The notes under the pieces are model-generated. The model was not told where the DNA came from. It saw only the letters and a list, made by a program, of their open reading frames with translations, and made no database searches. A DNA stretch of 64,000 bases, taken from contig CM000431.1 of NCBI GenBank assembly GCA_000165345.1, positions 928,001 to 992,000 of the forward strand. The letters run 5' to 3'. Positions 34,289 through 45,451 of the stretch are shown in pieces (position 1 is the stretch's first letter; each line of letters begins with the position of its first letter). A program made the translations under genes and the position numbers.

Positions 34289-35734
34289 ATGAGGTTGCAA
34301 TCCAAACAAAAATATCAGTTTCCTGATTTGGAGATGGGAGAGCTGATGAATGAGTTGGACATGTTAGGATTTGAAGTTGGAAGTAACTTTTGGGAAAGTA
34401 TTAACCATGAAATAGCAGTAGAACTTTATATGAACTGCTTGTCAATAGCATTAGAGATAGATACAGAGGATATTCGACCGGAAGAGTTAATAGGACAACT
34501 TCCATCTTCAGCTGCTGGAATAATATCTGAAAATGGAAAGAGTCAAATTAAACCAATAGGAAATTTGAGATTTTTACGTTACTGTAAGATCCTTTGGGTA
34601 ATGATAGGAATCGATGATTTTAGTATGAATGACATTTATAGACCAACTCCAGATAGAATTTATTCGTTCTTATGTGGATTTGTGAATTTGATGCGTTTCA
34701 AAGAAGATCGTTGGATGACTTATAAGAATGAGTTTTATGAAATTGAGGAAATTTTGGACTCTGTAGACAAATCTAATGAACAGATTAAACAAAAAAAAGA
34801 AGATTTGAATAATATTAGAGTAAGATATAACGAACAAAGTGGTGAAATTGCAAATAGGAGAAGGGATAATCAGGAATACCAGGAAAAGATGAGATCTTTG
34901 CACGGAGAATTTTTGCAAAATCAACAAGAACTTAAGAGATTAACACAGTCAGAGCATGATTTAAAGGAGCAGCTTAAAGATGTTGAGTTTAGGATTACCA
35001 CTGGAAATCAAGATATACAAGATTTAAAGGATCAAGTTGTTCAGTCCCCAGAAAGACTCAGAAATACTCTGGAAGAATTGAATAAATCTTTAGAGAATGA
35101 AAGAAAACAAATTGATCAAATTAGTATCAAAAATAATGAACTAAAGGAAAGACAAAATCTATTGCAAAAGACTGAAAAGAGGCTTGGTAAGGCAAAGACA
35201 TTCCTTGAACAAACTATTAGCGGAATTAAAGATGCAAACAATATTAAGCAATCAATCAAAGAAATCGAGCATCATATTGAGAAGGATAAATGGACAATTG
35301 AGCAAACTACAGAAGAAGAAAGGTTGCTTTTGCAAACTGTGGAACAGATTTCACTAAGAATTCAAAATAATCAACAACACTATGAGAGTTTAATTGAGGA
35401 GGCACAGACTTTACTTAATCAAGAGAAACAAAAGTTTGAGCAAGGACAGGAATTCCTTGATGTTCAAAGCAGTGAAGCATTTTCATTTGAGCGACAAGCA
35501 GAATTAATGGAAAAAGAGATCCAGAATTTAAAAGTATCTCATGAAAAGGCAATTAATGCACTCAATATTCAGCATAGCCAACTACTAAATGTTCTTACCA
35601 ATTATAAGAAACACTTAATCAGCAAACTGAATGACATAAACTCGAAGTATAACTTAAAGCTATTAGATGAAACATCCAAGGAAAATTCAACAATAAACTC
35701 TATAGAAAACACTATTGTGATGCAGCACAACTAG
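34289..35734 (+). CDS. NUF2: Kinetochore protein Nuf2-like (NDC80 complex subunit). It has an N-terminal calponin-homology-like domain and a long coiled coil.
   Basis: 481 aa. The N-terminal approximately 150 aa resemble the Nuf2 CH domain, including FSMNDIYRPTPDRIYSFLCGFVNLMRFKEDRW (compare the Nuf2 pattern DLxxPxxxRxxxxLSAxINFxxFRE). The rest is heptad-rich coiled coil. The size is right for Nuf2. Confidence 0.45.
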   Translation: MRLQSKQKYQFPDLEMGELMNELDMLGFEVGSNFWESINHEIAVELYMNCLSIALEIDTEDIRPEELIGQLPSSAAGIISENGKSQIKPIGNLRFLRYCKILWVMIGIDDFSMNDIYRPTPDRIYSFLCGFVNLMRFKEDRWMTYKNEFYEIEEILDSVDKSNEQIKQKKEDLNNIRVRYNEQSGEIANRRRDNQEYQEKMRSLHGEFLQNQQELKRLTQSEHDLKEQLKDVEFRITTGNQDIQDLKDQVVQSPERLRNTLEELNKSLENERKQIDQISIKNNELKERQNLLQKTEKRLGKAKTFLEQTISGIKDANNIKQSIKEIEHHIEKDKWTIEQTTEEERLLLQTVEQISLRIQNNQQHYESLIEEAQTLLNQEKQKFEQGQEFLDVQSSEAFSFERQAELMEKEIQNLKVSHEKAINALNIQHSQLLNVLTNYKKHLISKLNDINSKYNLKLLDETSKENSTINSIENTIVMQHN

Positions 35735-36315
35735 TAATTAAATTAAAAAATATATTCCAACCACTTATTTCAAATTTTATTATATTAAATCGATAAATTT
35801 AAATATAATTATAACTGTCTAAATCAATTTTTGTAATTAACTTATCCACCACTTTTCATACATTCATTCATGTTCTATTCTAACTTCCGTCAATGTTTAC
35901 CTAAATTCAGCTTTACAAGAAATGACTAAGGGGTAAAACCAATAAGGCGCCATTATTTGGCGGTAGACGTGGCGGCAAATTCCTTTTAAAAAATTATGGA
36001 CAAGATTGGGGAAAAAAAATAAACTGAAACTGTTGCTGAAGAGATTTATGCAATTTGAGAAGGTGATTAAACCGTTAATTCTCAGTGCATTTTCATGATA
36101 CTCTATTGGTTGAATATAGCGTAATATTTATACAAGATCTATGATTTTCTTTGATTAAGTGTGGAAACAATAATTGGCAATTTTAAGAATAAAGTGTTTA
36201 AAGATAAAAAAAAAAAAAAACTTTCTAATTATTCTGGAAGATAATATATACTGCTTTCATATAAGAACTGCCGACTTTCTCATTTCAAAAAAAATAGAGT
36301 GATTGTTTCGTAAAT

Positions 36316-36906
36316 ATGTTTCGTTGTAGAATCTGTACTGAGCCACCTTTTAGCCATTTTTTTAATTTGAGAATTTTTAATGGATATTTTTCTGATGAAA
36401 GGTCTAAAAAAACCCCTTACCAACTGAGTGAAGGAGATTCTGTCTATGATACTCAATCATATGGAAGCTCACTTTTAGCTACTCCATCCAACTTAAATTC
36501 ATTTGAGCCAAGAAGCTCTGAGGAAATTAATTCTATCTGTCTCAAATGGGAAAAATGTGTACATGAGAGAGGTAGGGAATTTTGGAGGACTTCAGAGTGT
36601 TTGATGGAGGTGCTTTCAGCAATAGCCCGGGGTGTTAACAATAACGATGACCCGATTTTGGGTGATCCCCAGAGATGTATTATGTGGTATGGACAGGTTT
36701 CGGCAATTGATGGATGTCCAGTCATAAGGATGAAGAGACCAGATGAGGTTGTTGAAACTCATACATATGTAAACAGAGCGTTAGTATTCTTGTATGCTAG
36801 CGATGAATCCTTTGAGGAGTTACAATTGAAGCCAAGAGTGGCATTCAATATGGCTTGTGGGAACCGTAGATGTGTTCATTTGCGTCATATATCTCTGGAC
36901 GACTAA
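36316..36906 (+). CDS. Hypothetical protein of 196 aa with N- and C-terminal CxxC pairs. It may be a zinc-ribbon protein.
   Basis: An ORF with noticeably higher local GC than its flanks. It has CRIC near the N-terminus and ACGNRRCVHLRH near the C-terminus. No family recognised. Confidence 0.35.
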   Translation: MFRCRICTEPPFSHFFNLRIFNGYFSDERSKKTPYQLSEGDSVYDTQSYGSSLLATPSNLNSFEPRSSEEINSICLKWEKCVHERGREFWRTSECLMEVLSAIARGVNNNDDPILGDPQRCIMWYGQVSAIDGCPVIRMKRPDEVVETHTYVNRALVFLYASDESFEELQLKPRVAFNMACGNRRCVHLRHISLDD

Positions 36907-37585
36907 CAGTATGGTTAATATGGAGTATTCATCATACGTAATAACAAATAGTAGTGATGATAGAAAGCTGTATATATTATATGCATGCTCTCCACTCGCT
37001 ACCGTATTTCATTTAAGAGCCAAGAAAAAAAAAATAATCAGAGTATTTCTTTTTTTTTTTTTTTTTAATTAACAATCTAAACAATCGAGTCTGAACTTCG
37101 ATATAAGCGTTGTTGAGGTGCTACTTAGCCATGAAGTATAATTACGCATGCATTAAACATTTTTATTTAATGCTTGATTTATCCAGTTCATTCAATTTAC
37201 AATGGGGAAATGTGAAGTCACAATCTAATCTTTCGAGGCTCTACTATTCAAATTTATTGATACTTAGACAGAAATCAGGCCTCCAATTAGAGCCAATAAG
37301 GTTTTGTATTCGGGTTTCTTATATGTTTGCGCGAAGTATTTATTAGAGTTCTTTTTGGTAACTTCTTTATTTACTCTTTTTTTTTGGTGTAATTAATTTA
37401 GCTCCTCTCCACACACACATGTATATCTTTTTAAATATTTCTCTCTATTCTTATCGTGTCTATTTATCTATGTTTAAAAGACTCTTAAAGCTTGTATTCA
37501 ATATCTTCTCATTCCCTTTCTCTACAAATGGTCTCTCTCTTGAACTCTCTTTAAAGTCATTTCAGACATTAAATTTTGGTCATCT

Positions 37586-37619
37586 CTGGCGCCAAACAAA
37601 GCCACATTGGCGCCAAAAT
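37586..37619. promoter_or_regulatory. Tandem GGCGCCAAA elements (CTGGCGCCAAAcaaagccacaTTGGCGCCAAAA) about 175 nt upstream of Snu114.
   Basis: Two copies of the palindromic E2F-type core TGGCGCCAAA lie 21 nt apart. Confidence 0.35.
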
Positions 37620-37792
37620 TAAACGAGTCAAGAATGATAATAAAGAACGTGCCTAAAGGAAACAAAAAATTTCTATATATATACAAATATATATATTTCT
37701 ATATATGTAGAAATATATGTAGAAATAAAGTAGAGTAATAATAATTAAGGCAAGAGTAATATTTAATAGCTCTGGGGGTTAATCATCTAAAG

Positions 37793-40700
37793 ATGGACTT
37801 GAATGATGTGTATGATGAATTTGGTAATTATATTGTGAAAGATGATAACGACTCAGAAGGAAGCGCAGATTGGGTGGGATCCGAAGAAACTTCAGATCCA
37901 GAAGATAGCCACAACAATAAAGATGGTGAAATTTTTGATCATGCCCAAAAAGAAGAGTCTGAAGATTCAGGAAGTGATATTTTTTCTGAAAATGAGTGGC
38001 AAAAGCATAAAGGACAAGTCAAAATACTTAATAAACAAAGCATAAAAGACGAGGATCATGAAATGACTCAGGAAACTGATGATGATAATAAGATTGTGCA
38101 ATTTGAAGATAAAGAGTATTATCCAGACCCATCTGATGTATATGGTGATGACGTTGAAATATTGGTACAAGAGGAAGACCACCAACATATAGATGAACCT
38201 CTCATTTCTCCCTTAAAAGAAAACAAATTTGACTTAATTGAAAAGAACCTTAAGGAAATGGAAACAACATTTTCTTATGAATTCTTGAGAGATTTAATGG
38301 ATAATTTGGAATTTGTTAGAAATATCTGTTTTATTGGTGAAATTCATTCTGGAAAAACCACATTCTTAGATATGTTGATTAAAAATACTCATTCTTACAA
38401 AGGAGATAAGAAAAATATTCCTTTACCGGAGAGATATTGTGATTCAAGAAAAGATGAACAGGATAGAGGAATTAGTATTAAAGCTTCTCCAATATCTTTG
38501 GTACTACCAAACTCTATGGATAAATCTTTCTTATTCAATATTTTAGATACCCCTGGTCATGTTAACTTTGTGGATGAAGCATGCATTTCAGTAAGAATTT
38601 CAGAAGGAGTTATACTTTTCTTGGACTGTGTTATTGGTTTAACTAAACAATTAGAAAGATTGCTTCATTATTGCTTATCAGAAGGGAAGAAGGTTGTTCT
38701 AGTAATTAATCAAATTGACAGACTTGTCTTAGAGTGTAGACTACCTCCATATGATGCTTATTTTAAACTTAAGCATTTAATCTCTGCAGTTAATAACTCT
38801 ATTTTGGAATTTGCATCTATTCATGGATTTAATACTGATGAAACTAGAAATTTATTATTTGGTCCAGAAAGAGGTAATGTTGGATTTGCATCTGGTAGAT
38901 ATAACTTTTTCTTCACTTTAAATTCATTTGCTAGAAAGTATTTAAAACATAATGGTATTACCAATAACTGTATTCTGATTGAAAAATCTCAACAATTATC
39001 TTTCAGATTATGGGGAGATTATTATTTTAATAAAGAAAATAATTCATTTGAAACAGACTCAAATGTTTCTCAAGATAGATCTTTTGTAGAATTTATCTTA
39101 AATCCAATATATAAGTTACTTGGATATACGGTATCGGAAGAAGATGATAAATTATCAAGCTTTTTGAAGACGGTTGGAATATATCTGACAAAGAAAGAAC
39201 TTAAATTAAATGTTAAGGAACGTCTTGAAATTGTATGTAAACGTTTCTTTGGAAATTCTGCCTCATTTACTGACTTTATCACAAAAAATATCCCAAATCC
39301 TATTCAAAGTGCTAGTGATAATGTTGAGAGAATATATACTGGGCCAATTAATGATAGAATATCATCATTTATGAGAAAATATGAAAGAAATAATTGTCCT
39401 TTAGTTGTTTTTATTATAAAACAATTCCACTCTGAAGATATGGAATCATTTTACTCATTTGGAAAGATATTTTGTGGGACTTTATCAAAAGGTGATCGTG
39501 TTAAAGTTCTAGGTGAATCTTTTTCCAAAGATGATCCTGAGGATTTTACTACGAGATATATTGATAATCTTTGGATCTTACAAAGTAGGTATAAAGTAGA
39601 AGTTACAAGTGTACCTGCAGGAAATTGGGTACTAATTTCAGGTCTTGGAAGCTCTGTAACAAAACCATGTACATTAATTGGACATAATTCATTTATTAAG
39701 GATGATGAAATATATCCTTTACGTAATATTAGGCTTTTGAATAAGAGTGTAATAAAGTTAGCTCTTGAACCACATAATCCAGCAGATTTACCAAAAATGC
39801 TTGAAGGGTTAAAAAGTATTTCAAAAGCTTACACATGTTCAGTGACAAAAGTAGAGGAGAATGGAGAACATGTTATGTTTGGTACAGGAGAATTACAGAT
39901 GGATTGTATGATGCATGATTTAAGATGTTTATATGGAAATTTGGATGTAAAAGTTTCAGATCCAATGGTACATTTTTGTGAGACTGTTTTAGAGAAATCA
40001 GTAGTGAAATGTTTTGGAGATTCAACTAATGGATTGAATAGACTTTATATTACATCAGAACCTTTAGATCGAGGTATTTCAGATGAATTGGAGAATGGTA
40101 TAATGAAAGTTTCAATTTCAGATACTAAAGATCCAAAATATTATGGTAATTTATTAGCAGAGAAATATGGTTGGGATAAGCTTGCAGTAAAGTCATTATG
40201 GGCATTTGGACCAGATCCTAGCATAGGAAGTAATGTTTTATTGGATGATACTTCTTCTATAACAGTTGATAAAAAACTTTTATATGATGTTAAGGATGAT
40301 ATAATTCAAGGATTTAACTGGGCAGTTAAAGAAGGTCCTTTACTTGAAGAGCCAATAAGAAATGTAAAATTTAAGATACTTGATGTAAACTTATCTTCTG
40401 ATAAAGTTAGTAGGGGGACAGGGCAAATAGTTCCAGCATCTAGAAGAGCTTGTTACACATCGATGTTTTTAGCATCTCCAAAGATTTTGGAACCAATTAG
40501 TCTAGTAGAGATAATATGCCCATCAGGTTTGGATGAATTTATTAATAATATAGTATCAAAAAGAAGAGGCCATGCAGGCAAGGAAATTCCAATTCCTGCT
40601 TCACCATTAGTTACAATACTAGCATTTGTTCCAGCAATAGAAACCTTTGGATTTGAAACAGATTTAAGAATTCATACAAGCGGACAAGCATTTTGTACAA

Positions 40701-40900
40701 GTTGTTTCGACCACTGGGCAATAGTTCCAGGTAATCCATTGGATAGGAATATTTCATTAAGACTTTTAGAGAAAGCTCCTATTCCACATTTAGCTAGAGA
40801 TTTTCTTCTTAAAACAAGAAGAAGAAAAGGTCTAAGTGATGATGTTAATATTCAAAACTTTATCACTTGTCCAGAACTTATTAAAGCTTTGAATTATTAA
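37793..40900 (+). CDS. SNU114: U5 snRNP 116-kDa GTPase (Snu114/EFTUD2), an EF-2-like spliceosomal GTPase.
   Basis: 1035 aa. The acidic N-terminal extension begins MDLNDVYDEFGNYIV, the Snu114 hallmark. Then come the G1 motif GEIHSGKT and the G3 motif LDTPGHVNF. EF-2 domains II-V follow (ELQMDCMMHDLR..., GQIVPASRRACYTS). Confidence 0.8.
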   Translation: MDLNDVYDEFGNYIVKDDNDSEGSADWVGSEETSDPEDSHNNKDGEIFDHAQKEESEDSGSDIFSENEWQKHKGQVKILNKQSIKDEDHEMTQETDDDNKIVQFEDKEYYPDPSDVYGDDVEILVQEEDHQHIDEPLISPLKENKFDLIEKNLKEMETTFSYEFLRDLMDNLEFVRNICFIGEIHSGKTTFLDMLIKNTHSYKGDKKNIPLPERYCDSRKDEQDRGISIKASPISLVLPNSMDKSFLFNILDTPGHVNFVDEACISVRISEGVILFLDCVIGLTKQLERLLHYCLSEGKKVVLVINQIDRLVLECRLPPYDAYFKLKHLISAVNNSILEFASIHGFNTDETRNLLFGPERGNVGFASGRYNFFFTLNSFARKYLKHNGITNNCILIEKSQQLSFRLWGDYYFNKENNSFETDSNVSQDRSFVEFILNPIYKLLGYTVSEEDDKLSSFLKTVGIYLTKKELKLNVKERLEIVCKRFFGNSASFTDFITKNIPNPIQSASDNVERIYTGPINDRISSFMRKYERNNCPLVVFIIKQFHSEDMESFYSFGKIFCGTLSKGDRVKVLGESFSKDDPEDFTTRYIDNLWILQSRYKVEVTSVPAGNWVLISGLGSSVTKPCTLIGHNSFIKDDEIYPLRNIRLLNKSVIKLALEPHNPADLPKMLEGLKSISKAYTCSVTKVEENGEHVMFGTGELQMDCMMHDLRCLYGNLDVKVSDPMVHFCETVLEKSVVKCFGDSTNGLNRLYITSEPLDRGISDELENGIMKVSISDTKDPKYYGNLLAEKYGWDKLAVKSLWAFGPDPSIGSNVLLDDTSSITVDKKLLYDVKDDIIQGFNWAVKEGPLLEEPIRNVKFKILDVNLSSDKVSRGTGQIVPASRRACYTSMFLASPKILEPISLVEIICPSGLDEFINNIVSKRRGHAGKEIPIPASPLVTILAFVPAIETFGFETDLRIHTSGQAFCTSCFDHWAIVPGNPLDRNISLRLLEKAPIPHLARDFLLKTRRRKGLSDDVNIQNFITCPELIKALNY

Positions 40901-41247
40901 TTAGTTAATATTACTTAAATAGACTTAGAATATAACAACTGATATAATAAAAATAGTAAAGACTCGTGTATTTAAGAACAACAAATCTCAATTAAATAAT
41001 AATTAAAAAAAAATGATATTATTTTTACTGATAATATAACAAATAGTCTGTAAATTCTACCATTAGTCCTAATAATATGAGTTTGGATTACGTGGTGTAA
41101 TTCCAATGTGGATAATTATTAAAGCAGTATCAGACAAATTACGTCAGATAAAAGAATAAATATCCGCAATCTCAATAATAAGAATAAAATTCTATGATGA
41201 AATAACCTTTAGATTAAGGTAATTAGATAGTGATTGGACTGATAAAT

Positions 41248-41577
41248 TTACTCGTATGATCTTATGATATCAGAATCACCTGGGTCTGTAACAGTCATGC
41301 AGCTAACACGATATAGTTTACCACAAGAGGTACCTAAATCATTGTTACCACCTTGGAAATGGTGAACACCAATCTTGGAGAGCATTGCATAGTATTCAAT
41401 TTCGGATCTTCTTAGAGGAGGGCAGTTGTTTGAGATTATAACCAAACGAGCAGTACCATTTCTGATAGATTTAACAGTTGAACGGTATCCAAGACAGACC
41501 TTACCACTCTTCATGACAAGTTGTAAGCGACTGGTCATACCTTCAGATTTACCCTTAGATGAACCCTTCTTGGCCAT
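41248..41577 (-). CDS. RPL30: 60S ribosomal protein L30e.
   Basis: 109 aa. It has [69 protein letters not shown] and [10 protein letters not shown], which is near-canonical L30e. Confidence 0.85.
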   Translation of the reverse strand: MAKKGSSKGKSEGMTSRLQLVMKSGKVCLGYRSTVKSIRNGTARLVIISNNCPPLRRSEIEYYAMLSKIGVHHFQGGNNDLGTSCGKLYRVSCMTVTDPGDSDIIRSYE

Positions 41578-42360
41578 TTTTATTTATTCCTCTTCACAAA
41601 CTAAGATCTGAGTCTTGAAATTATTTTAACTTTTTTCTTTTAGATAACTTATTTCAATTTCTTGAAACTCGTCTTGTTTAAGAATAATTAGTTATTTCCC
41701 AATAATTTGTCTAATTGGACTCGCGCCATAAACAAAAAAATATAAATTCTTTTTTCTTTTAAAATTATTATTTAATTAAATGTATAATATATGATGTATA
41801 TATATTTTATATATAAATATATATAAAATATATATTATAAATTTGTACCTGAATTTTTTTTTGTGTATTATAATCTCTATAGACTATTACTATTTATTTA
41901 TTCTTCGCGTCTCATTTCTTTTATAATAATTAAAAACAAAATACCGCCAAAACTAGACACGTGTATTGGCGGGTTTTATTTGGAAATTACTTAAAAATAT
42001 TGCTAGTGGCGATAATATTTTACATGTAAAAAAAAAACAGAGCACACTAAAATACTTGTAAAGGGGGGAAATAGAAAATAAAAAAATTATAAATAATTTT
42101 TTAAAAATAAGAAAAGTGGTGCATTTGATTGAAAAAAAGAACTTTATTCCGAGATTATGATGTTGTTGGTGTTCTTGACTAATTCAGAATAAGAAGAAAG
42201 TGTTAATTTAGGAAGAAACCTACAGAAAGGGTCGAATTAAATATAATAAATAAGTAATTAATTATTATTGGAAGGATAATTGTGCGAAGTTTATGAAATT
42301 AGAGGTCAATACGAATTAATTTTGAGTTTTTATCATTATCATTGAATTAAAGTAATAGTC

Positions 42361-45300
42361 ATGAATTTAACCAATGAGAATATTTCAAACCAGGGCCAGG
42401 AGATTTCAAGGAATGGGAATTTTGAGATAATTGATAATGGGAAATCCGAAGATAATAGTAAGGAAATAATTCTTGAGAAATGTAGGGTAAAAGTTTCTTC
42501 AGATGGAGTTTATGAATCATTGCCAGTTGAAAGAAAAAGTATCGATGCTAAATCCAGTGAGAAGGCAAGCGATAAAATTCAAGGGGATACTGTTTTTGAA
42601 GTTTTACCTAGATCAGAGTCTAATGCAGATGCAAGTTATAATAAAGCTGGTGACTTTGTTAATGATATCGGGATTTTTGAGTCATTACCAAAATCAACTT
42701 CTGATGCTGATTATAAGTATAATGAAAGGGTGGATATTACACAAGATAGGATTGTTTTTGAAGTATTACCACGCTCTGATAATATTGTTCACTATGATAA
42801 TGACACCAGTAATGAATCTTCTATTAAAGTAAATGAAATGATTAAAAAGAAGGAGTCAGAATTGAATAATATTTTAAAAGAGCAGAAAATTGATGGAGAT
42901 ATTACTAGTAGAAATGGGAATATAGAAAATGATCCTACTTTAGGTTTAAGTATTTATAACGAAGAATCAGTTTCTCCTCCATCTGAAACTTCGATGACCA
43001 TTTTTGAGAATTTACCAATTAAGAAAGAAAATATCGATATCGATAACGAGTTTCAATCAAATTCTATTTTATCAGACAATAATATAATTGAGAATCATCA
43101 ATCAATTTTTGAAACTGCAAACTTGTCCAGATCAAATAGTTCTTCTCATATTTCTAGCTTAAAGGATGGTGAGGAAGCTGAAAGACTAACGAGTAATGAA
43201 GTGAGTGAGCATAGTGAAATTAGTAATGATGAATGCGAAAAAGATCTAAAAAGTAATTTTGAGCTTAATAATCAATTAATTACTGATTTTAATCAAGATG
43301 TAAAAACTCAAGATAAAAAAGAGCTTTCACCACAAGTTGAGAGCAAAGCAAATCTTAATATTGTTGTAAATAGTGAGAAGTCGGTCTTTGAGGTAGTTCC
43401 ATCTGAACAATCAAGAGCTGATATTGGGTATAATTCCAAAATACCACTAAGTTTTGATGAAAGGACGGTTTTTGAATCAAAGCCTGTAGCGAATTCAAAT
43501 GCAGATGTTAGCTATAATTCAAAGGTTGGTATCACAAAAGCAGAAGAAAGGTCAGTATTTGAGTCATGTCCAATTACTGATTCGAAGGCAGATGTTAGTT
43601 ATAATTCAAAATTTCAGCCAAGAAAAGACGAAAAAATTATATTTGAATCGAATCCAATTGCTAACTCGAATGCAGATGTTGGATACAATACAAAAATTGG
43701 CTTAGAAAGACAGGAAAAGTCAACTTACGAATCAATCCCTACTATCGGGGTAGTAGCAGATGTTAGCTACAAATCCAAAGCACAAACTAATTCTGGAAAT
43801 GAAAAGTCTATTTTTGAATCTGTTCCAATTTCCAATTCAATAGCTGATGTCAGTTATAATTCTAAATCACAGCCTATTAAAGAAGAAAAGGTTGTATTTG
43901 AATCAATTCCATCAGAAAATTGTAAGATAGATGTGAGTTATAATTCCAAGTTGGATTTGAAAGGACAGGAAAAGTCAGTATTTGAATCCAATCCTATGAT
44001 GACTTCCAATGCTGATGTAGGTTACAATTCAAAGCCAGAAATAAATTTGAATGAGAAATCCGTCTTTGAGTCGGTTCCATCCAATATTTCAAAAGCCGAT
44101 GTGAGTTATAACTCGAAAATAACTAATACTTCTGAGAAGTCAATCTTTGAATCGGAGCCAATAAAAAATGTTAATATAGACGTGAGTTATAATTCCAAGT
44201 TGGATTTGAAAGGACAGGAAAAGTCAGTATTTGAATCCAATCCTATGATGACTTCCAATGCTGATGTAGGTTACAATTCAAAGCCAGAAATAAATTTGAA
44301 TGAGAAATCCGTCTTTGAGTCGGTTCCAACCAATATTTCAAAAGCTGATGTGAGCTACAACTCTGTAGTAGCCAATACTTCTGAGAAGACCATTTTTGAG
44401 TCAGAACCAAGAAGGAACTCAGTGGCGGATGTAAGCTATAACTCCAGTTTGATTCCTATTTCTAAGGATGAAAAGACTGTATTTGAATCCAATCCAAATG
44501 TTGATTCAAAGGCAGATGTTAGTTATAATTCTAAAATAGAATTAAAAAAAGACGAAAAGTTTGTATTTGAGTCAAATCCTAATGTTGATTCTAATGCAGA
44601 TGTTAGTTATAATTCAAAGCTTCAGCCAAGAAAAGACGAAAAATTCATATTTGAATCTAATACGACAGTTAACTCTAAGGCAGATGTTAGTTATAATTCA
44701 AAATCTGAACCTAAAATGAACGAGAAGTCCGTATTTGAGTCCAGTCCAATTCTTAGCTCAGTTGCAGATGTTGGGTACAACACCAAAGGAGTTGGTATGA
44801 CTCAAGAAAAATCTGTCTACGAATCAGTTCCAATTAGTAAATCTAAAATAGATGCTGGCTATGATACAAAGTTGGACTTTACTCATGAAAATAATAAAAC
44901 TATATTTGAATCAAACCCATCTTGTGAATCTATTGCGGATGTTGGATATAATTCAAAGATTGAAACAAGAACAGAAGAAAAATCAGTTTATGAGTCAAAT
45001 TACGATAAAGTTTCTAAGGCTGATGCTAGATATAATTCAGATTCAAGCCAAATCTATCCTCCAGAGAAGATGGTATATGAATCAACTCCTGTTGTTGGAT
45101 TAGCTGTGGATGCAAGGTTTGCAGATCAAAACAATACAAACGAAGAGAAGCAAACAGTTTTTGTATCTCTTCCAAGGTCTGAGTCAGTTTTTGATGCAAG
45201 CTACTCGTTAAATAATGAATATAGGCAGGAAAAGACAATATTTGAGTCAGTACCCAATACAAAAGGGATCAGAATAGATGCAAGATCCAGTGATACCTCT

Positions 45301-45384
45301 GAAATAATGAATTTTCAGTCTAAGACAGTTTTTGAATCAGTACCCAAACAGTCTTATGCTGATGCAAAAAGCGGGAATATATAG
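42361..45384 (+). CDS. Tandem-repeat protein of 1007 aa. The first 330 aa or so are non-repetitive except for three degenerate repeat copies. About 24 tandem 27-29-aa repeats follow, with consensus EKSVFESxPxxNSxADVSYNSK(x5-7). No signal peptide is evident.
   Basis: Direct reading of the translation shows the periodicity (...SVFESNPMMTSNADVGYNSKPEINLNEK / SVFESVPSNISKADVSYNSKITNTSEK / SIFESEPIKNVNIDVSYNSKLDLKGQEK ...). The repeat family is not one I recognise. Confidence 0.6.
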   Translation: MNLTNENISNQGQEISRNGNFEIIDNGKSEDNSKEIILEKCRVKVSSDGVYESLPVERKSIDAKSSEKASDKIQGDTVFEVLPRSESNADASYNKAGDFVNDIGIFESLPKSTSDADYKYNERVDITQDRIVFEVLPRSDNIVHYDNDTSNESSIKVNEMIKKKESELNNILKEQKIDGDITSRNGNIENDPTLGLSIYNEESVSPPSETSMTIFENLPIKKENIDIDNEFQSNSILSDNNIIENHQSIFETANLSRSNSSSHISSLKDGEEAERLTSNEVSEHSEISNDECEKDLKSNFELNNQLITDFNQDVKTQDKKELSPQVESKANLNIVVNSEKSVFEVVPSEQSRADIGYNSKIPLSFDERTVFESKPVANSNADVSYNSKVGITKAEERSVFESCPITDSKADVSYNSKFQPRKDEKIIFESNPIANSNADVGYNTKIGLERQEKSTYESIPTIGVVADVSYKSKAQTNSGNEKSIFESVPISNSIADVSYNSKSQPIKEEKVVFESIPSENCKIDVSYNSKLDLKGQEKSVFESNPMMTSNADVGYNSKPEINLNEKSVFESVPSNISKADVSYNSKITNTSEKSIFESEPIKNVNIDVSYNSKLDLKGQEKSVFESNPMMTSNADVGYNSKPEINLNEKSVFESVPTNISKADVSYNSVVANTSEKTIFESEPRRNSVADVSYNSSLIPISKDEKTVFESNPNVDSKADVSYNSKIELKKDEKFVFESNPNVDSNADVSYNSKLQPRKDEKFIFESNTTVNSKADVSYNSKSEPKMNEKSVFESSPILSSVADVGYNTKGVGMTQEKSVYESVPISKSKIDAGYDTKLDFTHENNKTIFESNPSCESIADVGYNSKIETRTEEKSVYESNYDKVSKADARYNSDSSQIYPPEKMVYESTPVVGLAVDARFADQNNTNEEKQTVFVSLPRSESVFDASYSLNNEYRQEKTIFESVPNTKGIRIDARSSDTSEIMNFQSKTVFESVPKQSYADAKSGNI
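43933..44430 (+). repeat. Two tandem near-identical copies of a 249-bp unit. Each unit holds three protein repeats and lies inside the repeat-protein CDS.
   Basis: The stretch gtgagttataattccaagttggatttgaaaggacaggaaaagtcagtatttgaatccaatcctatgatgacttccaatgctgatgtaggttacaattcaaagccagaaataaatttgaatgagaaatccgtctttgagtcggttcca... occurs at 43933 and again at 44182. Only a few substitutions separate the copies over about 180 bp. Confidence 0.8.
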
Positions 45385-45451
45385 ATTTTCAATTTGAGTT
45401 AAAATTTAGATTCAAATAATACAATTATAAAAATGTTCTTTCTAATGAGAT

